From assembly GCA_951406725.2 (NCBI GenBank), contig OX597822.1, forward strand, positions 41,974,001 through 42,038,000: 64,000 nucleotides of DNA, given 5' to 3'. Both the position numbers and the translations under genes were made by a program. Of the stretch, positions 52,140 through 64,000 are shown one piece after another (position 1 is the first letter of the stretch; the number at the start of each line of letters is the position of its first letter). This DNA comes from Octopus vulgaris (taxonomy: Eukaryota). Under the pieces are notes generated by a model. That model ran no database searches, had not been told where the DNA came from, and saw only the letters and a list, made by a program, of their open reading frames with translations.

Positions 52140-52735
52140 CAAATTATGAATAAAGAAAACAAGTGATCAAATGTTATATTTAATTGAAATTTAATCATCA
52201 GTGGTCTTTCCCTGATTATCTATGACTTCCTTCCATCTATTTACAAGCTTTTTAATCCCATCAATGTAAGACTCTTTTGGTTTCAAAACGAAGAACTTTG
52301 AAATGTTGGTTTCAACTTCCTGCTGGCTTGCGAAAGTTTTGTCCCCCAAATGATTCTGTAAACTATGAAACAAATGGTAGTCTGAAGGAGCAAGGTTGGG
52401 AGAATAAGGTGAATGAGGAATTTTTTCCCAATCAAGCTCTTCCATCTTCTGTGATGTGATCTTGGCAGTGTGGGGTTGCACATTGTCCTGATGAAACATC
52501 ACTCCTTTTCAATTCACTAAAGCGGGTCTTTTTCTTCAAAGCTTGGTTCAAATGCTCTAATTGCTGATAGTAGACTTGAACATTGGTTGTTGCATTAGGT
52601 GGTAACAATTCAAAGTGAATTACTCCTTTGCAATTCCACCAGATAGAGAGAAGGGCTTTTTTCCCATGAAGTTCCCTTCTCGGTTGTGGTTGAGCTTTTT
52701 CTCTTTTACCAAGCCACTGTTTTCACTGTATAACA
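52140..52735 (-). pseudogene. Mariner (D,D34D) transposase remnant, C-terminal half
   Basis: HQDNVQPH...HSPYSPNLAPSDYHLF has exactly 34 residues between the two Asp. Upstream, across a frameshift and a stop: ELHGKKALLSIWWNCKGVIHFELL...YYQQL. 5'-truncated. Confidence 0.92.
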
Positions 52736-52990
52736 GAGTGTGCATATCTTGTGTAACATAGATACATATAGCATATAATGTAGTGTATACATAGTGCATA
52801 TAACACAGTGTATAATATAGTTTATAACACAATATTTTGTATAGTGTATATAATAAAGTATATATATATATTATTGGTGTTAGTGGAATTGATGATTGGG
52901 AGCAGGAGTGGTAGCGACAGTTATGAGTGTTGTACACTGTAGTTATGTATGTAGTGTAGTGAAAAACAGTGTGCATTTATATATCTGTGT

Positions 52991-53199
52991 GTGTTTACAG
53001 GAAGTCAATTATATGCCCAGTCATAGAGTGAACAATGGTTTTACATAGATAAAGCGCTTAGCCTTATAGACAACTCATCAGACTCTATGTGTCTGCAGCC
53101 ATTGGAGTCTGACAAGTTGTCTAGAAGGCTAAGCACTTTATGGATGCGAAACCATTGGTCACTCTGTGACTGGCCATATAATTAACTTCCTGTAAACAC
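52991..53199. repeat. Foldback: 95-bp inverted arms with 19-nt spacer
   Basis: 52991-53085 vs reverse complement of 53105-53199: ungapped, about 12 mismatches by manual count. Confidence 0.92.
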
Positions 53200-53221
53200 A
53201 TTACTGTTCTATGCTTTAGAG

Positions 53222-53511
53222 CAGGGTTCCCAAACATTTTTGTGCTGCTGCCCCCTTGGCACTTTGTCCACATTCCTAGTGCCCCTTCCCCCCATTCACC
53301 ACCACAAGCACAGACCACTTTCTGCAGTAAATTCAAAAGCAACTATATTTCACAATTAAAACTTAACCTAATTAACCAATTATTTTGTTATTTTTACATC
53401 CATTTGCCACTCCATTATTGCCCCACTTTCCTTCAACGCCCCACTCCCACCCACCCACATCTTTCCACCGGGGCCCCAGGGGGTCAGTACCACCCACTTT
53501 GGGAATCACTG
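53222..53511. mobile_element. Non-autonomous hAT (Charlie-like) element
   Basis: TIR CAGGGTTCCCAAAC / CTTTGGGAATCACTG (imperfect). 8-bp flanks ctttagag / ttttagat. Confidence 0.78.
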
Positions 53512-54365
53512 TTTTAGATTGTGCTTCTTTTCCAGGTATATGATCCACTGACGATATATATGTTTGTATGTATATATATATGTATGTATGTATGTATGTA
53601 TTGTAGTGTTGTACAGAATGGTTATATATGTAATACAATATGGTCATATCTGTACCTGAAAGGTAATGCTACATATAGGAAGATCATTCCTTGTATTGAG
53701 GAAAACCTGATTGCTTTGCTTTGAAATCTGACCTCTCTCCATTACCAAGGTCAGACTAGCCCTTACCTTCTGAAGGGTTTCAAATTTACTGGTTAGTTTG
53801 AAGTTTTAATTAACACAACCTCATACTCCATTACTCCCACCCTCATTCCATCACCTCCACCACCACCTACATGGTCACTGAAGATGGTCTCAGGAAACAG
53901 TCAAAAGAGCAGTGTTTCCTTATTGTCTAAGAGTTGCTTGTTGAATCTCCTTCAATGGCAGCAACTAAAGGGGAGTAACAGACCTACTTGTCACTTGATG
54001 TTGGTCACCTACTTGTTTCACTTTGTTTAGCTGACACACAGACTGGAGAGAACAAGGCCATGTGTAACCATGGCAACATCTTACATATTCGTCTTTAAAT
54101 CAGCTTACGTTTGTGTCTCTTTATGTCCATGTGTGTGTGTAAGAGGAGGAGCATGTGATTAAAGATTATATCTCAATTATTTTCGTTTATATATGGTAAC
54201 ATAAGGCAAAGGTTCTAAAGTTAGGGGTTACATGTGCACCAAGTAAACCATCATATGTTTATCAAAATTCATAAAATACAGATCACATGTTGAAGTGAAG
54301 CAATCATATTCCTTACTTTCATGATTTTATATTAAAGAATAAATATTTATCATTCAGCTTCCCTC

Positions 54366-54582
54366 AGGCAGCAAGCTGGCAGAATCATCAGTATGCCAAA
54401 CAAAATGCTTAGTAGCATTTCACGTGTCTCTATGTCTTGAGTTCAAATACTGCCAAGGTTGACTTTACTTTTCATTTTTATGGGGTTGCTGAAATAAGTA
54501 TCATTTAAACATTTGGGTTGATGTAATCAACTGGCTGCCACCCCTCCCTCCAAATTCCAGGCCTTGTGCTTATAGTAGAAAG
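54366..54582 (+). mobile_element. SINE family B
   Basis: ggcagcaagctggcagaatc...gagttcaaatactgccaaggttgac...aggccttgtgcttatagtagaaag. Confidence 0.82.
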
Positions 54583-54641
54583 CATCATTCAGTTGCCTGA
54601 ATAGATATATATATATAAAATGTTTGTGTGTGTGTATATAG

Positions 54642-54681
<40 letters not shown>

Positions 54682-54693
54682 TATGTGTATATA

Positions 54694-54929
54694 CAGGGTG
54701 GCCCAAAAGTAGGTTTACAGTTATCACGTAGGCACTTTAAATTTCTTTTAAAACATTTTATTACATTTAAATTTCTATCTTACAAACTGAAAAGGGAGCT
54801 TGACAAAATTAACTAAATTAGCATAGAATAATGGGTTCATATTTCTTTTATAATTAAGATCTAAACTGTTAATATATGAATGTGAAAGAGCTAGTTGAAT
54901 AACTGTAAACCTACTTTTGGGCCGCCCTG
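54694..54929. mobile_element. Tc1/mariner-type MITE
   Basis: TA|CAGGGTGGCCCAAAAGTAGGTTTACAGTTAT ... ATAACTGTAAACCTACTTTTGGGCCGCCCTG|TA. 31-bp TIR (30/31), TA TSD, 236 bp. Confidence 0.92.
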
Positions 54930-56169
54930 TATATCTGTGTGTGTGTGTTTGTGTGTATATGTTGATATGTGTAAACAGCCACACATACACATGTGCACAT
55001 ATGCTTTCAGTGATACAAAAATGGTTTTGCCTTTGAGTTTAAGATGAAACCGTGATGTTTTCTTCTCCTCATCCACTGTCTCTTAAATAAACTGTATCAG
55101 ACCCAGAGAGTGATGAGCACCTGGTATGTTTAGAACCTACCCAAGGCATCCAATCTGTTGCAATAGTTAGTGCCCCTAAAATTTCACCAGGATTTCAGTG
55201 CTCAAGTCTAAACATTCCAACTCTCTCTCTCACACACACAAACACACCTCTATAATATAAAGTGACATACATGTGCCCATACTTATACATTTGGACACAA
55301 GTTTAATGTTAATGCCTACACAAGATAAACTTGCATCTCTATTTCTCTCTCTCTCACACACCCCCTATAATATAAAATGCCATCTGGACACAAGCTTTAC
55401 AGTGACATACTTACCTAGACAAGACAAACTTGCATACTCAGGCAATTACTTGCACATGCTCACACTCCTGCATACATGAACACTTATGCATACAAAAGCA
55501 CACACATGCTCACCTACATACATAAATAAGCACACATACAAATGTGTGTGTGTGGGCATAGTTGCATTTTTATATAATATATAATCCAATCCTCAACATA
55601 TGAAGCTGTGTTTGAATGTTAATAATTATCCATTCAATGCTAGAAATAACAGTCATTGCTAGCAAAACATGTCATGGCTATAGCAACCGCCACACCATCA
55701 CCACCACTACTACTACTACTTCTGGTGGTGTTGTTTCAGGTGGAATGGTGCTATTATGCTGTAACAAAACAACAGCTCACTTCAGTTTTCCAGAGAGAGA
55801 GAGAGAGAAAGAGCATTAGTGTTTCATCTTAACCACGTAGGCCAAAAGATTTTATATTTATGTATTAACCCTAGTTAGATAATGGAAATATTATTAGTTA
55901 AAACAATATTAGACAATGCCTTGGTTATTGTAGTTTTAACTCTTTTAGCCTCCTGTTGCCAACCAACTGTGAAAGCTTCGTCTCCACCCTTGCAAACTAT
56001 GCAGATGGTATGATCCGCTTTGTATCTTTCCACCAATGGAATATTGTAAATGAGTCGACACACATGAAAGCGGTGCTGTAGCATGACCTTAGCTAAGAAG
56101 ATTGAAGCATGTGTTAACCTTTTGTATTTGATCTGATGACGTTTACAGTTTTTTTATCACAGTATTCTG

Positions 56170-56390
56170 TCGATGATGATGACGACGACAATGTTGATAA
56201 TGATGATGACAATGTCATTGGCGATGACGACGATGGCAATAGTGGTGATGATGATAATGATGATGTCACTAGTTACGATGACGATATTGATAATGGTGAT
56301 GATGATGATGTTGGCAATATTGGCAATGGTGATGATGATGATGCTGGCAAGAGTGAGAATGATGATGATGATGTTGGCAATAGTGATGTA
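56170..56390. repeat. Degenerate (GAT)n microsatellite
   Basis: Explains the poly-Asp and poly-Met ORFs at 56136 and 56173. Confidence 0.9.
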
Positions 56391-57381
56391 TGTATTTATA
56401 ATAGCACAATAATTATAATAACATAATTATATGTCTATCAACCTACAACAGTTGCAAAGAACTAATAAAGTTATTAACGGTGATGCCAGGTGGTGGTGGT
56501 AGTGCTGGAGTTGGGATGATGGTGGTGGTAGTGATAGCGGTGGTACTGGTAGTGGGGATTAGATTGAATAACAGTACTTTCCTAAGATTTGAACCAACCA
56601 ACTAATATAAAGTCAGCTTCTCCTTGAATAACATGACCTCGTTATGACCTTGTTTCGGTTAGTATCATCATCATCATCAGTATGTTTATCAAAATCAACA
56701 AGCGGCAGTAGCTATACCCCAAATAAGGTCATTGTATAACTTGGATCATTTTGGCCAGACTGCTTGAATTAAAACCACAGGAATTAATTGTTCTTCATTG
56801 ATTCTTCCTCTCCCCACCTCTTCCTCCTACTGGACTTGAACCTATTTCTTGCCTTATGTTTTACATTCCTCGCATAAGTTCACCGAAAAACTCTTCCTGT
56901 TTTGCGTGGGGGGGGGGGGGGATTTTGGTCTCTTCATAGAAATTTTGGCAAATTAAATGGCTGCCAGTTGTTTTACTACCCACCCCAACACACACACACA
57001 CACACACACACCCCTTCGGTTCCTCAAGTCTACACCACCACCACCACTCCTATGCACCCCTGCTACAGCCCCACAACTGCACACACACACCCCACTCGTA
57101 CCTACCCCACCATTCACTCCTATACCACCACCTACAGGACAACAACGACGACAACCACCACCACCACCACCACCACTCTGTTTATTTCTCCAAATGTGAA
57201 AACTGATCTTGATAAATCTCAACATTCAACTTTGTTTTCCACTAAGTTGAATGTGTATATATACACATATGCAGACACACACATACACACACACACTGAT
57301 ATATGAGAAGATTACATATAACATTTCAATGGCTGCAGCATAAATAAGAACTTTACTATCTACTCAATATCTCACAAGTAA

Positions 57382-57417
<36 letters not shown>

Positions 57418-57989
57418 TTACATGCATACATACTCATGCATGCATATTATACAACACCGCCACCTAGAGATAGCACACATTATCATCATCATGACCTCCC
57501 TTCCTCTCTCTCTCTCTGTACTAACATATTAGATGTTTTCTACTCAACAAACTAGAGGTTCTCTTCCTCCTCCTCCAGATATGAAACCTGACTTTCTGGT
57601 CTCTAATCTAACTACCAGCATTTCCTCAATTTTTTTTACTACCCCTACCTGCCACCACCGTCACCTCTACAAGCTACTTGTTTCACCCACCATCATCATC
57701 ATCATCATCTCACTATCACCAACAGCTCTACCATCATGTAAATGTGTCTGTGTGTGTGTATGAAAATGCAATGACAAAGAAATAAACAATTGTTATGGAC
57801 TTCATTAACTTACACCTGTTTCTACTGTAATATGCAATGCACTCATAGTCGAGTGCTTGAGTACACACACACATCTCCATACTATCACCAAACACTATAG
57901 TCCTTCCTTTAACATAGTATCACAGAAAAGGGTCAATTTTCACCAAAATGAGGCCATAACCCAATTTCTCTAAGATTCAAGCATGATGT

Positions 57990-58205
57990 AGTTTGGCAGA
58001 AATGTTAGAATGTTGGAAAAACACTTTGCAGGATTTTGTTCCAGTTTTTTTTTTTACATTCTGAGTTCAAACTCAGTCAGAGTTAACTTTGACTTATATC
58101 CTTTCAGGACCAATGCAAGAAATACTAGTCAAATACTGGGATCACTAAAATTGTTGACCTTGTACCAGAATTTGGAACTATAGTTGTTGTTAATATTGCT
58201 GCTGC

Positions 58206-58245
<40 letters not shown>

Positions 58246-58462
58246 GAGGTGGCAAGCTGGCAGAATTGTTAGAATGCCAGGCAAAGTGCTTAGTGATATT
58301 TTATCTGTCTTTACGTTCTGAGTTTAAATTCCTCCAAGGTCAACTTTGCCTTTCATCCTTTCAGAGGTTGATAAAATTAGTACCAGTTACACACTGGGGT
58401 CGATGTAATCAACTTAATCCCTTCCCCCAAATTTGAGACCTTGTGCTTCTAGTAGAAAGAAT
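57990..58462 (+). mobile_element. Two tandem family B SINEs separated by (ATT)n
   Basis: About 57990-58178 (decayed) and 58246-58462. Confidence 0.82.
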
Positions 58463-58477
58463 TATTATTATTATAAT

Positions 58478-59030
58478 ACTTTTTATATTTCACTTCTCAG
58501 AGCTCTCGATTTCACTTGCTCTGGCTAATTCTGTAAGAGCAGACAACAACCTGTTTTCACTGGTACAGGGTCTCTTTCCACGATGCTTCACATCCAAGTA
58601 CCAGTCTCAAAATCCTCGCTGTCCCCAATAAAGCAGTTTTCTGAACATGTTCTATCCTCATGTCAATCCTAATTTCTCCAACAAATTTCTCGAGACTGCT
58701 TGCTAATGCTCCCAGTACCCTTGCAACTACTGTGGTGACAGCTACTTTTCTTCAGTGCCCACATTCATGTGATCTCACTTTTTGTACTTCTCAGTCTTTT
58801 CCAGTTCTTTATCATCCACTCGTACATCCCTAGGTATGGCAATATCTATCATCTTGGTTTCCTTCATCATTTTATCAACTACAACAATGTCTGATCTCCA
58901 AGCATCAATCACTGAATCATACTGAATTCTAAAATCCTACAAGATCTTATACTCATTATTTTCAGTGACACCTTCTGGCTTATGCTCATACCATTTCAAT
59001 GTCCTTTCAAGACCCTCATTATCAACATTA
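58478..59030 (-). pseudogene. R4/Dong-like (RLE) non-LTR retrotransposon 3' remnant
   Basis: Minus frame KWYEHKPEGVTENNEYKIL*DFRIQYDSVIDAWRSDIVVVDKMMKETKMIDIAIP.D matches the restriction-like endonuclease motif (WD..IQTD..I.ARRPDIVV.DK....IIDIA.P). Confidence 0.82.
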
Positions 59031-60066
59031 TTATTACTTGCAGAAAAACTGCCTTCCATGTGGTTTTCAGCTAGCCACATGATAATGTTTTCACATTTGA
59101 TTCCCAATTCTAATTATACAATGTGTGTCTTTATATGAGAGACAGTGTGTGTGAGAGGGGGGAGAGAGAACATTGCACACAATGAATGAAGTAAACATGA
59201 AATGAAAAATCATATAAATAAAAGATCATTAAAAACTATCTTGTACCAAATATTTAAACTTGTGAACCTGAAATATTCAATAATAAAAGGAAGTTCAGAA
59301 AGTATATTTTCCTGAAAACTTCAATTTATAAAAAATCTCACTTGCTTAGTAAATATTTCTTTCAGTAATTTATCGCAGTTGTAATATATCTCTAACTTAA
59401 ACAAACTTCAAGGTAACCCAACTAGGTCTAGCATGCAAAAAATAGCAGTGATCACACACCTGTTATTGTAAAGCTTGTAGCATTCCAACCAGCCATACCA
59501 ACAAAATCGCTTAATTTTCTTTTTTTAAATTATACCAGTATATTAACAAATTTTCATTCTATCAAAAATATTCATTTAACAAATTCCAGAAACTAATATT
59601 ATTCTTGAAATTGTGCCTTGTATCATAAACCTCAAAGTTATACAGTTATTTTGTCTAATAGCATTCATTCATTCAATGAATAATTTTTTTGCATTATGTA
59701 AATAGAATAAACTGTGAGTTTTGCAAATATCAAATTAAAACTTGAAATGAAAACATTGAAATGAATATATATATTATTAATGAAAATAGAGAGGCCAGAG
59801 AGAGGGAGATACTAAACGAAGAATTTCATCTGAAACAAAATATCTTTATTAAGCATTAAAATCTACTCCGCAGTGAATGCAACAAATATTTAAATTTGTG
59901 AGAAACTTGTTCAAGTATTCAATAAACTTCAGAAATCAAAATTACAGGAAATTTTTTGAACATGAATTTATAAAAAATTTCCAAACCGTCAAGCCTTTAA
60001 TAATTGCTTTCTTTTAGTAATTGTTATATACCTAATTAATAAGCAGTTTTGTCCATTATATTATAG

Positions 60067-60120
<54 letters not shown>

Positions 60121-60123
<3 letters not shown>

Positions 60124-60420
60124 TACCTTGTAGTTGCTTTGTTTTATACAAGTCCTCCCAGATTTCACTCAGAAACTTCAGTGAACGTTTTACTATGAGT
60201 GTCAATTGCGATTAACAATGATATTTGGTAGAGAAAGGAGACTAGAATCAGAGAGCTACGATTCTGTTGAATTTGTAATATTTCAGTTTTGAAGAAGTTT
60301 TAGAAAAATCAAGTATTTTCAGGTTGAGAATGTTTTCCTTAAGATACAAGCAGGACCCATGAGAATAATTTTCTGTAGTTCTGATATTTTGAGGTTTCCT
60401 GGTATTTGGCCATAGTATTT
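60121..60420 (-). pseudogene. R4/Dong-like element extreme 3' end
   Basis: KYYGQIPGNLKISELQKIILMGPACILRKTFST* (family terminus LQK..L.GTA.ILRK.L), then 3' UTR and (TAA)n. Confidence 0.7.
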
Positions 60421-60449
60421 AAAAATGTTGTTACTACTACTACTACTAC

Positions 60450-60667
60450 GGCAGCAGGGAACTGGCAGAATCATTACCATGTCAAGCAAAATGCCTAGTG
60501 GCATTTTGTGTGTCTTTACATTTTGAGTTCAAATTCCGCTGAGTTTGACAAGACCTTTCATCTTTTTGGAGTTGATAAAATAAGTACCAGTTGAACACTA
60601 GGGTTGATGTAATCGAATCATCCCCTCTCCTCAAAAACTGCTGGCCCTGTGCCAAAATTTGAAACCA
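60450..60667 (+). mobile_element. SINE family B
   Basis: ctggcagaatc...gagttcaaattccgctgag...ctgctggccctgtgccaaaatttgaaacc(att)n. Confidence 0.85.
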
Positions 60668-60711
60668 TTATTGTTATTATTGTGATGATGATGATTACTA
60701 TTATTATCATT

Positions 60712-61220
60712 CAGAAGTTTTATTGTTATCGTGCACTACTGAATGCAGCTCTGTGTGCCTTGGGTATGTGCTGTGGTTTGTTGTAATGCTCTTATGGTTA
60801 CTGTATTGAAAGTGTTTTACGTAGGATGTGTGCAGTGCTTAGTAGTGCTATTTTCTGTATGTTATATATATATGTTAGTCTTGGTGTTTTTGTGTATTTG
60901 TCTGAATGTTTTTTTTATCATGCCTGATAGGAATTGTTTGTTTTTAGACTCCACATTCAAGTTACCTCTATTTCCAGGTCTTTGTATTTTGAAAGTTTCT
61001 CCATTTCTTTTAGAGAAACGTTGTCATCTGCTGGTATTGATATATCAATTAGATAGCATTTTTTGTTGATGCTCTCTGACAATTATATCTGGCCTGTTGG
61101 CCTTCAATTCTCTATCTGTATGTATTGGCATATCCCATAGTATGGTTGCTTTCTCATTTTCTGTGACCTTTTCTGGCATGTGCCTATACCATCTTTTTTC
61201 TGTTGTTATTCCATAGTGTG
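60712..61220 (-). pseudogene. R4/Dong-like (RLE) non-LTR retrotransposon 3' remnant
   Basis: YGITTEKRWYRHMPEKVTENEKATILWDMPIHTDRELKANRPDII...EKLSKYKDL...IQKIALLSTAHILRKTLSIQ*, with frameshifts. Confidence 0.88.
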
Positions 61221-61257
61221 ATTGTTATTATTATTATTATTGTTGTTATTGTTAGTA

Positions 61258-61717
61258 AGGTGGCAAGCTGGCAGAATCATTAGCATGCCAGCCAAAATGC
61301 TTAGTGGTATTTTGTCTGCTGCTATGTTCTGCGTTCAAATTCCGCCGAGGTCAACTTTGCCTTTTATCCTTTTGGGGTCAATCAATTAAGTACCAGTTGA
61401 GTAATGGGGGGAGTGATGTAATCGACTATCCCACTCCCCCCAGTTTCAGGCCTTGTGCCTATAGTAGAAAGGATTATTATTATTAGTAGTAGTAGTATTG
61501 TGATAATCTGGCAGAATTATTAACATGCCAACAAAATGCTTAGCTGTATTTTGTCTGTCTTAACATTTTGTGTTCAAATTCCACCAAGGTCAACTTTGCC
61601 TTTCATCCTTGGGGGGGGGGGGGTCGATAAGATAAGTACCAACTGAACACTGGGGTCAATGTAATCAACTTAACTCCTCCCTTACAATTGCTGGCCTTGT
61701 GCTAAAATTTGAAACCA
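61258..61717 (+). mobile_element. Two tandem family B SINEs with different tails
   Basis: 61258-61473 ends cctatagtagaaagg(att)n. About 61500-61717 ends aaaatttgaaacc and carries an expanded G run at 61611-61623. Confidence 0.85.
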
Positions 61718-61857
61718 CCATTTTTATTGTTATTTATTGCATATTTGTGTTTCATTGCAGCAAACTGGAGGCCATCACCTAAGACATTAATATTTAAGCG
61801 AATTAAATCAAGTAAATCTTTTAATTAGATTCTTGTAGCCTTCACTTGTAGTGACTT

Positions 61858-62335
61858 TGGAATGGTATCACACACATCTGTAGGATGGTATCACACATCT
61901 GTAGGATGGTATCACACACATCTATAGAATGATAACACACATCTGTAGAATGATAACACACATCTGTAGGGTGGTATCACGCACGTCTGTAGAATGGTAG
62001 CACACACGTCTGCAGAATGGTAACACTCTGTAGGATGGTAACACATATCTGTAGAATGATATCACACATCTGTAGGATGGTATCACGCACATCTGTAGAA
62101 TGGTAACACGCACGTCTGTAGAATGGTAACACACACATCTGTAGGATGGTAACACACGCGTCTGTAGAATGGTATCACACATGCCTGTAGAATGGTAACA
62201 TGTCTGTAGACACACGTCTGTAGAATGGTATCACACACGTCTGTAGAATGGTATCACACACGTCTGTAGATTGGTAATATGCACATCTGTTGAAAGATAA
62301 CACATGCACACACACACATATCTGTAGAAGGGAAC
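61858..62335. repeat. Minisatellite, 20-24 bp unit
   Basis: About 20 copies of (ca)n-(a/g)tctgtag(a/g)atggta(t/a)ca. Confidence 0.92.
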
Positions 62336-63139
62336 ATACATCTCTGGAGAATAAATAGATAAATCCTGCTGTAAACCTCTAAGCATTCTATGTAACCAAG
62401 CAACTTCTCTGTTTTATTTATACAAAATATTTTATTTACTCTTCTTCTTTCTATGTTCCTGTTTCAGCTGTCTTTGATACTACCAAACTCTCTCTCTCTC
62501 TCTCTCTCTCTTCTTTCACAGAATTATTAATGTTTTTAACTTCAACAAGTTTTGTTTTTCTTAATCTTGCTTCCATTTTCTTTCCTTTTTAAAACTATTG
62601 TATTTTTCCTTTCAAAATTAACAAGTAAAACTTTTGAAGTTAATTATTATTATTTTTATTTTGTATTTCTTAAACTGTATCAAATTACAAAAATTTAACC
62701 TTCCTTTACCACACCACCAAATATTGCCATTCTATCTCAGCTCCTCCAGACAAGGAAACCCATCACTCAGATTATCAAAAACCAGGGACAATCCTGTCTG
62801 TAATTCCTTCCTCAAAACATTACCATTCTTATCCGTTACCACCCAAAACGGGATTAGCATTTTAAAAGCTTGTGTGAAGTTTTGTAAGCTTCCAAACATG
62901 AATCTGTTGAAGACGATGAATTGTTTGTTATTTCACTGAAGATCTCTAGATGTTTGAAGTGATAAATTCTAGGATAGAAGTGGGTATTGTGTTGCTCTAA
63001 GACACACCCAAGTATATATGTATACCTGGGTAGCTAGTGGGTGGTAAGGAATGATGTGCTGCATGAGATGTACATAAAATTAATCATCACATATAAAAAC
63101 AAATTAGTCATTAAATAACATTAACAAATTAATTATTGA

Positions 63140-63445
63140 CATTTCTCACTGTGTATGTGTATGAGTTGTGTGTCTTTGCATATGTGTTTGTGTGTGTCTA
63201 TGTGTATGTGCCTTTGTCCATGTATGTGTGTGTGTTTGTATGCATGTGTCTTTCTGTATGCATCTTTGCATGTATATTTATGTGTCTAAGTATCTTTGTA
63301 AGTGTATATATCTATGATTATATCAGTGCATGCGGGTGTGTCTGTATGTTTGTGTATGTGCCTTTGTCTGTATGAATGTGTACATCTACATATGTCTGTA
63401 TCTTTGTGTATGTCCATTTATATGTATGTATGTATGTACATGTGT
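63140..63445. repeat. Degenerate (TG)/(TATG) low-complexity tract
   Basis: Explains ORF 63136-63375. Confidence 0.85.
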
Positions 63446-64000
63446 GCTAAAGTGTAAATTGCATGTCAGAACTTACCATCTGACACACATCTTGTAACAA
63501 CATGAACCAATGAGGGATATGGTCAGCATGACCCAATCTTCAAATCACACCCTACTATGTTAAAAAAAAAAGGAGAGGCACATTGGACACAGTACTTTCT
63601 GACAGATTGAATGGCCATGTCCGGAAGATCTACTTATCATGGATGACCTGGTTATAAATAGCAATTTCTAGCCTCAGTAAAGCTATAATATCTTAGTGAC
63701 CCTCATACAAGGGTCAGTCTATTGCCTGATTTGTTAGTTCTCTAAATGTCCCCTGACAAAATGTCTTGGTCCTGAAGTTCATTTATATTTAAATGTTAAA
63801 AGAATTAACATTGTAATTACAAACATCCCAGTGTTTTATAACAGATGCATCATATCCCTACATATTGTAAGAGACATCTAACAGGATTGGTGATAGGAAG
63901 GGCATCCAGTCATTAAAACACTAAAAAACATCTATCCAGTCCATGACAACATAGAAAAATAAATCCATAATAATAATAATAATAATAATAATGAAATTTA

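Noticed and set aside
53876-53905. CTGAAGA-tggtctcag-GAAAC-aGTC hammerhead-like string (similar weak case on the minus strand near 33790-33830)
   Set aside because: Stems I and II cannot be paired; at best a deleted relic.
56136-57306. Poly-Asp, poly-Met and poly-Thr ORFs
   Set aside because: Translations of (GAT)n, (CA)n and (ACC)n microsatellites.
61858-62335. CRISPR-like repeat-spacer appearance
   Set aside because: Spacers are short (CA)n rather than unique sequence, the context is eukaryotic and there are no cas genes.

Overview
AT-rich, microsatellite- and transposon-dense eukaryotic DNA. The SINE/MITE landscape resembles that of an octopus (coleoid cephalopod); this is inferred from recognition and was not searched. 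The only gene I can support is an internal part of an ARHGAP21/ARHGAP23-like (RhoGAP19D-type) gene on the + strand. It has two exons encoding the C-terminal part of the PDZ domain (12947-13133, 14362-14416) and one 1714-nt exon encoding a Ser/Thr/Pro-rich linker (15268-16981), all joined in frame by GT-AG introns. I did not recognise the N-terminal exons or the PH/RhoGAP exons, so the rest of the window is probably intron. That intron holds several tRNA-derived SINE families (my labels A-F), piggyBac-type, Tc1/mariner-type and hAT-type MITEs, a decayed mariner (D34D) transposase, and CR1, RTE and R4/Dong-like LINE remnants. It also has two Penelope-type minimal hammerhead motifs, a 95-bp-arm foldback and many tandem repeats. 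Most short ORFs in the supplied track are repeat artefacts. No new multi-gene system is evident. The best leads are RNA-level: the hammerheads, the long hairpin, a frame-symmetric exon block between inverted SINEs, and a chimeric MITE. Repeat boundaries are approximate unless a TSD or TIR is quoted.
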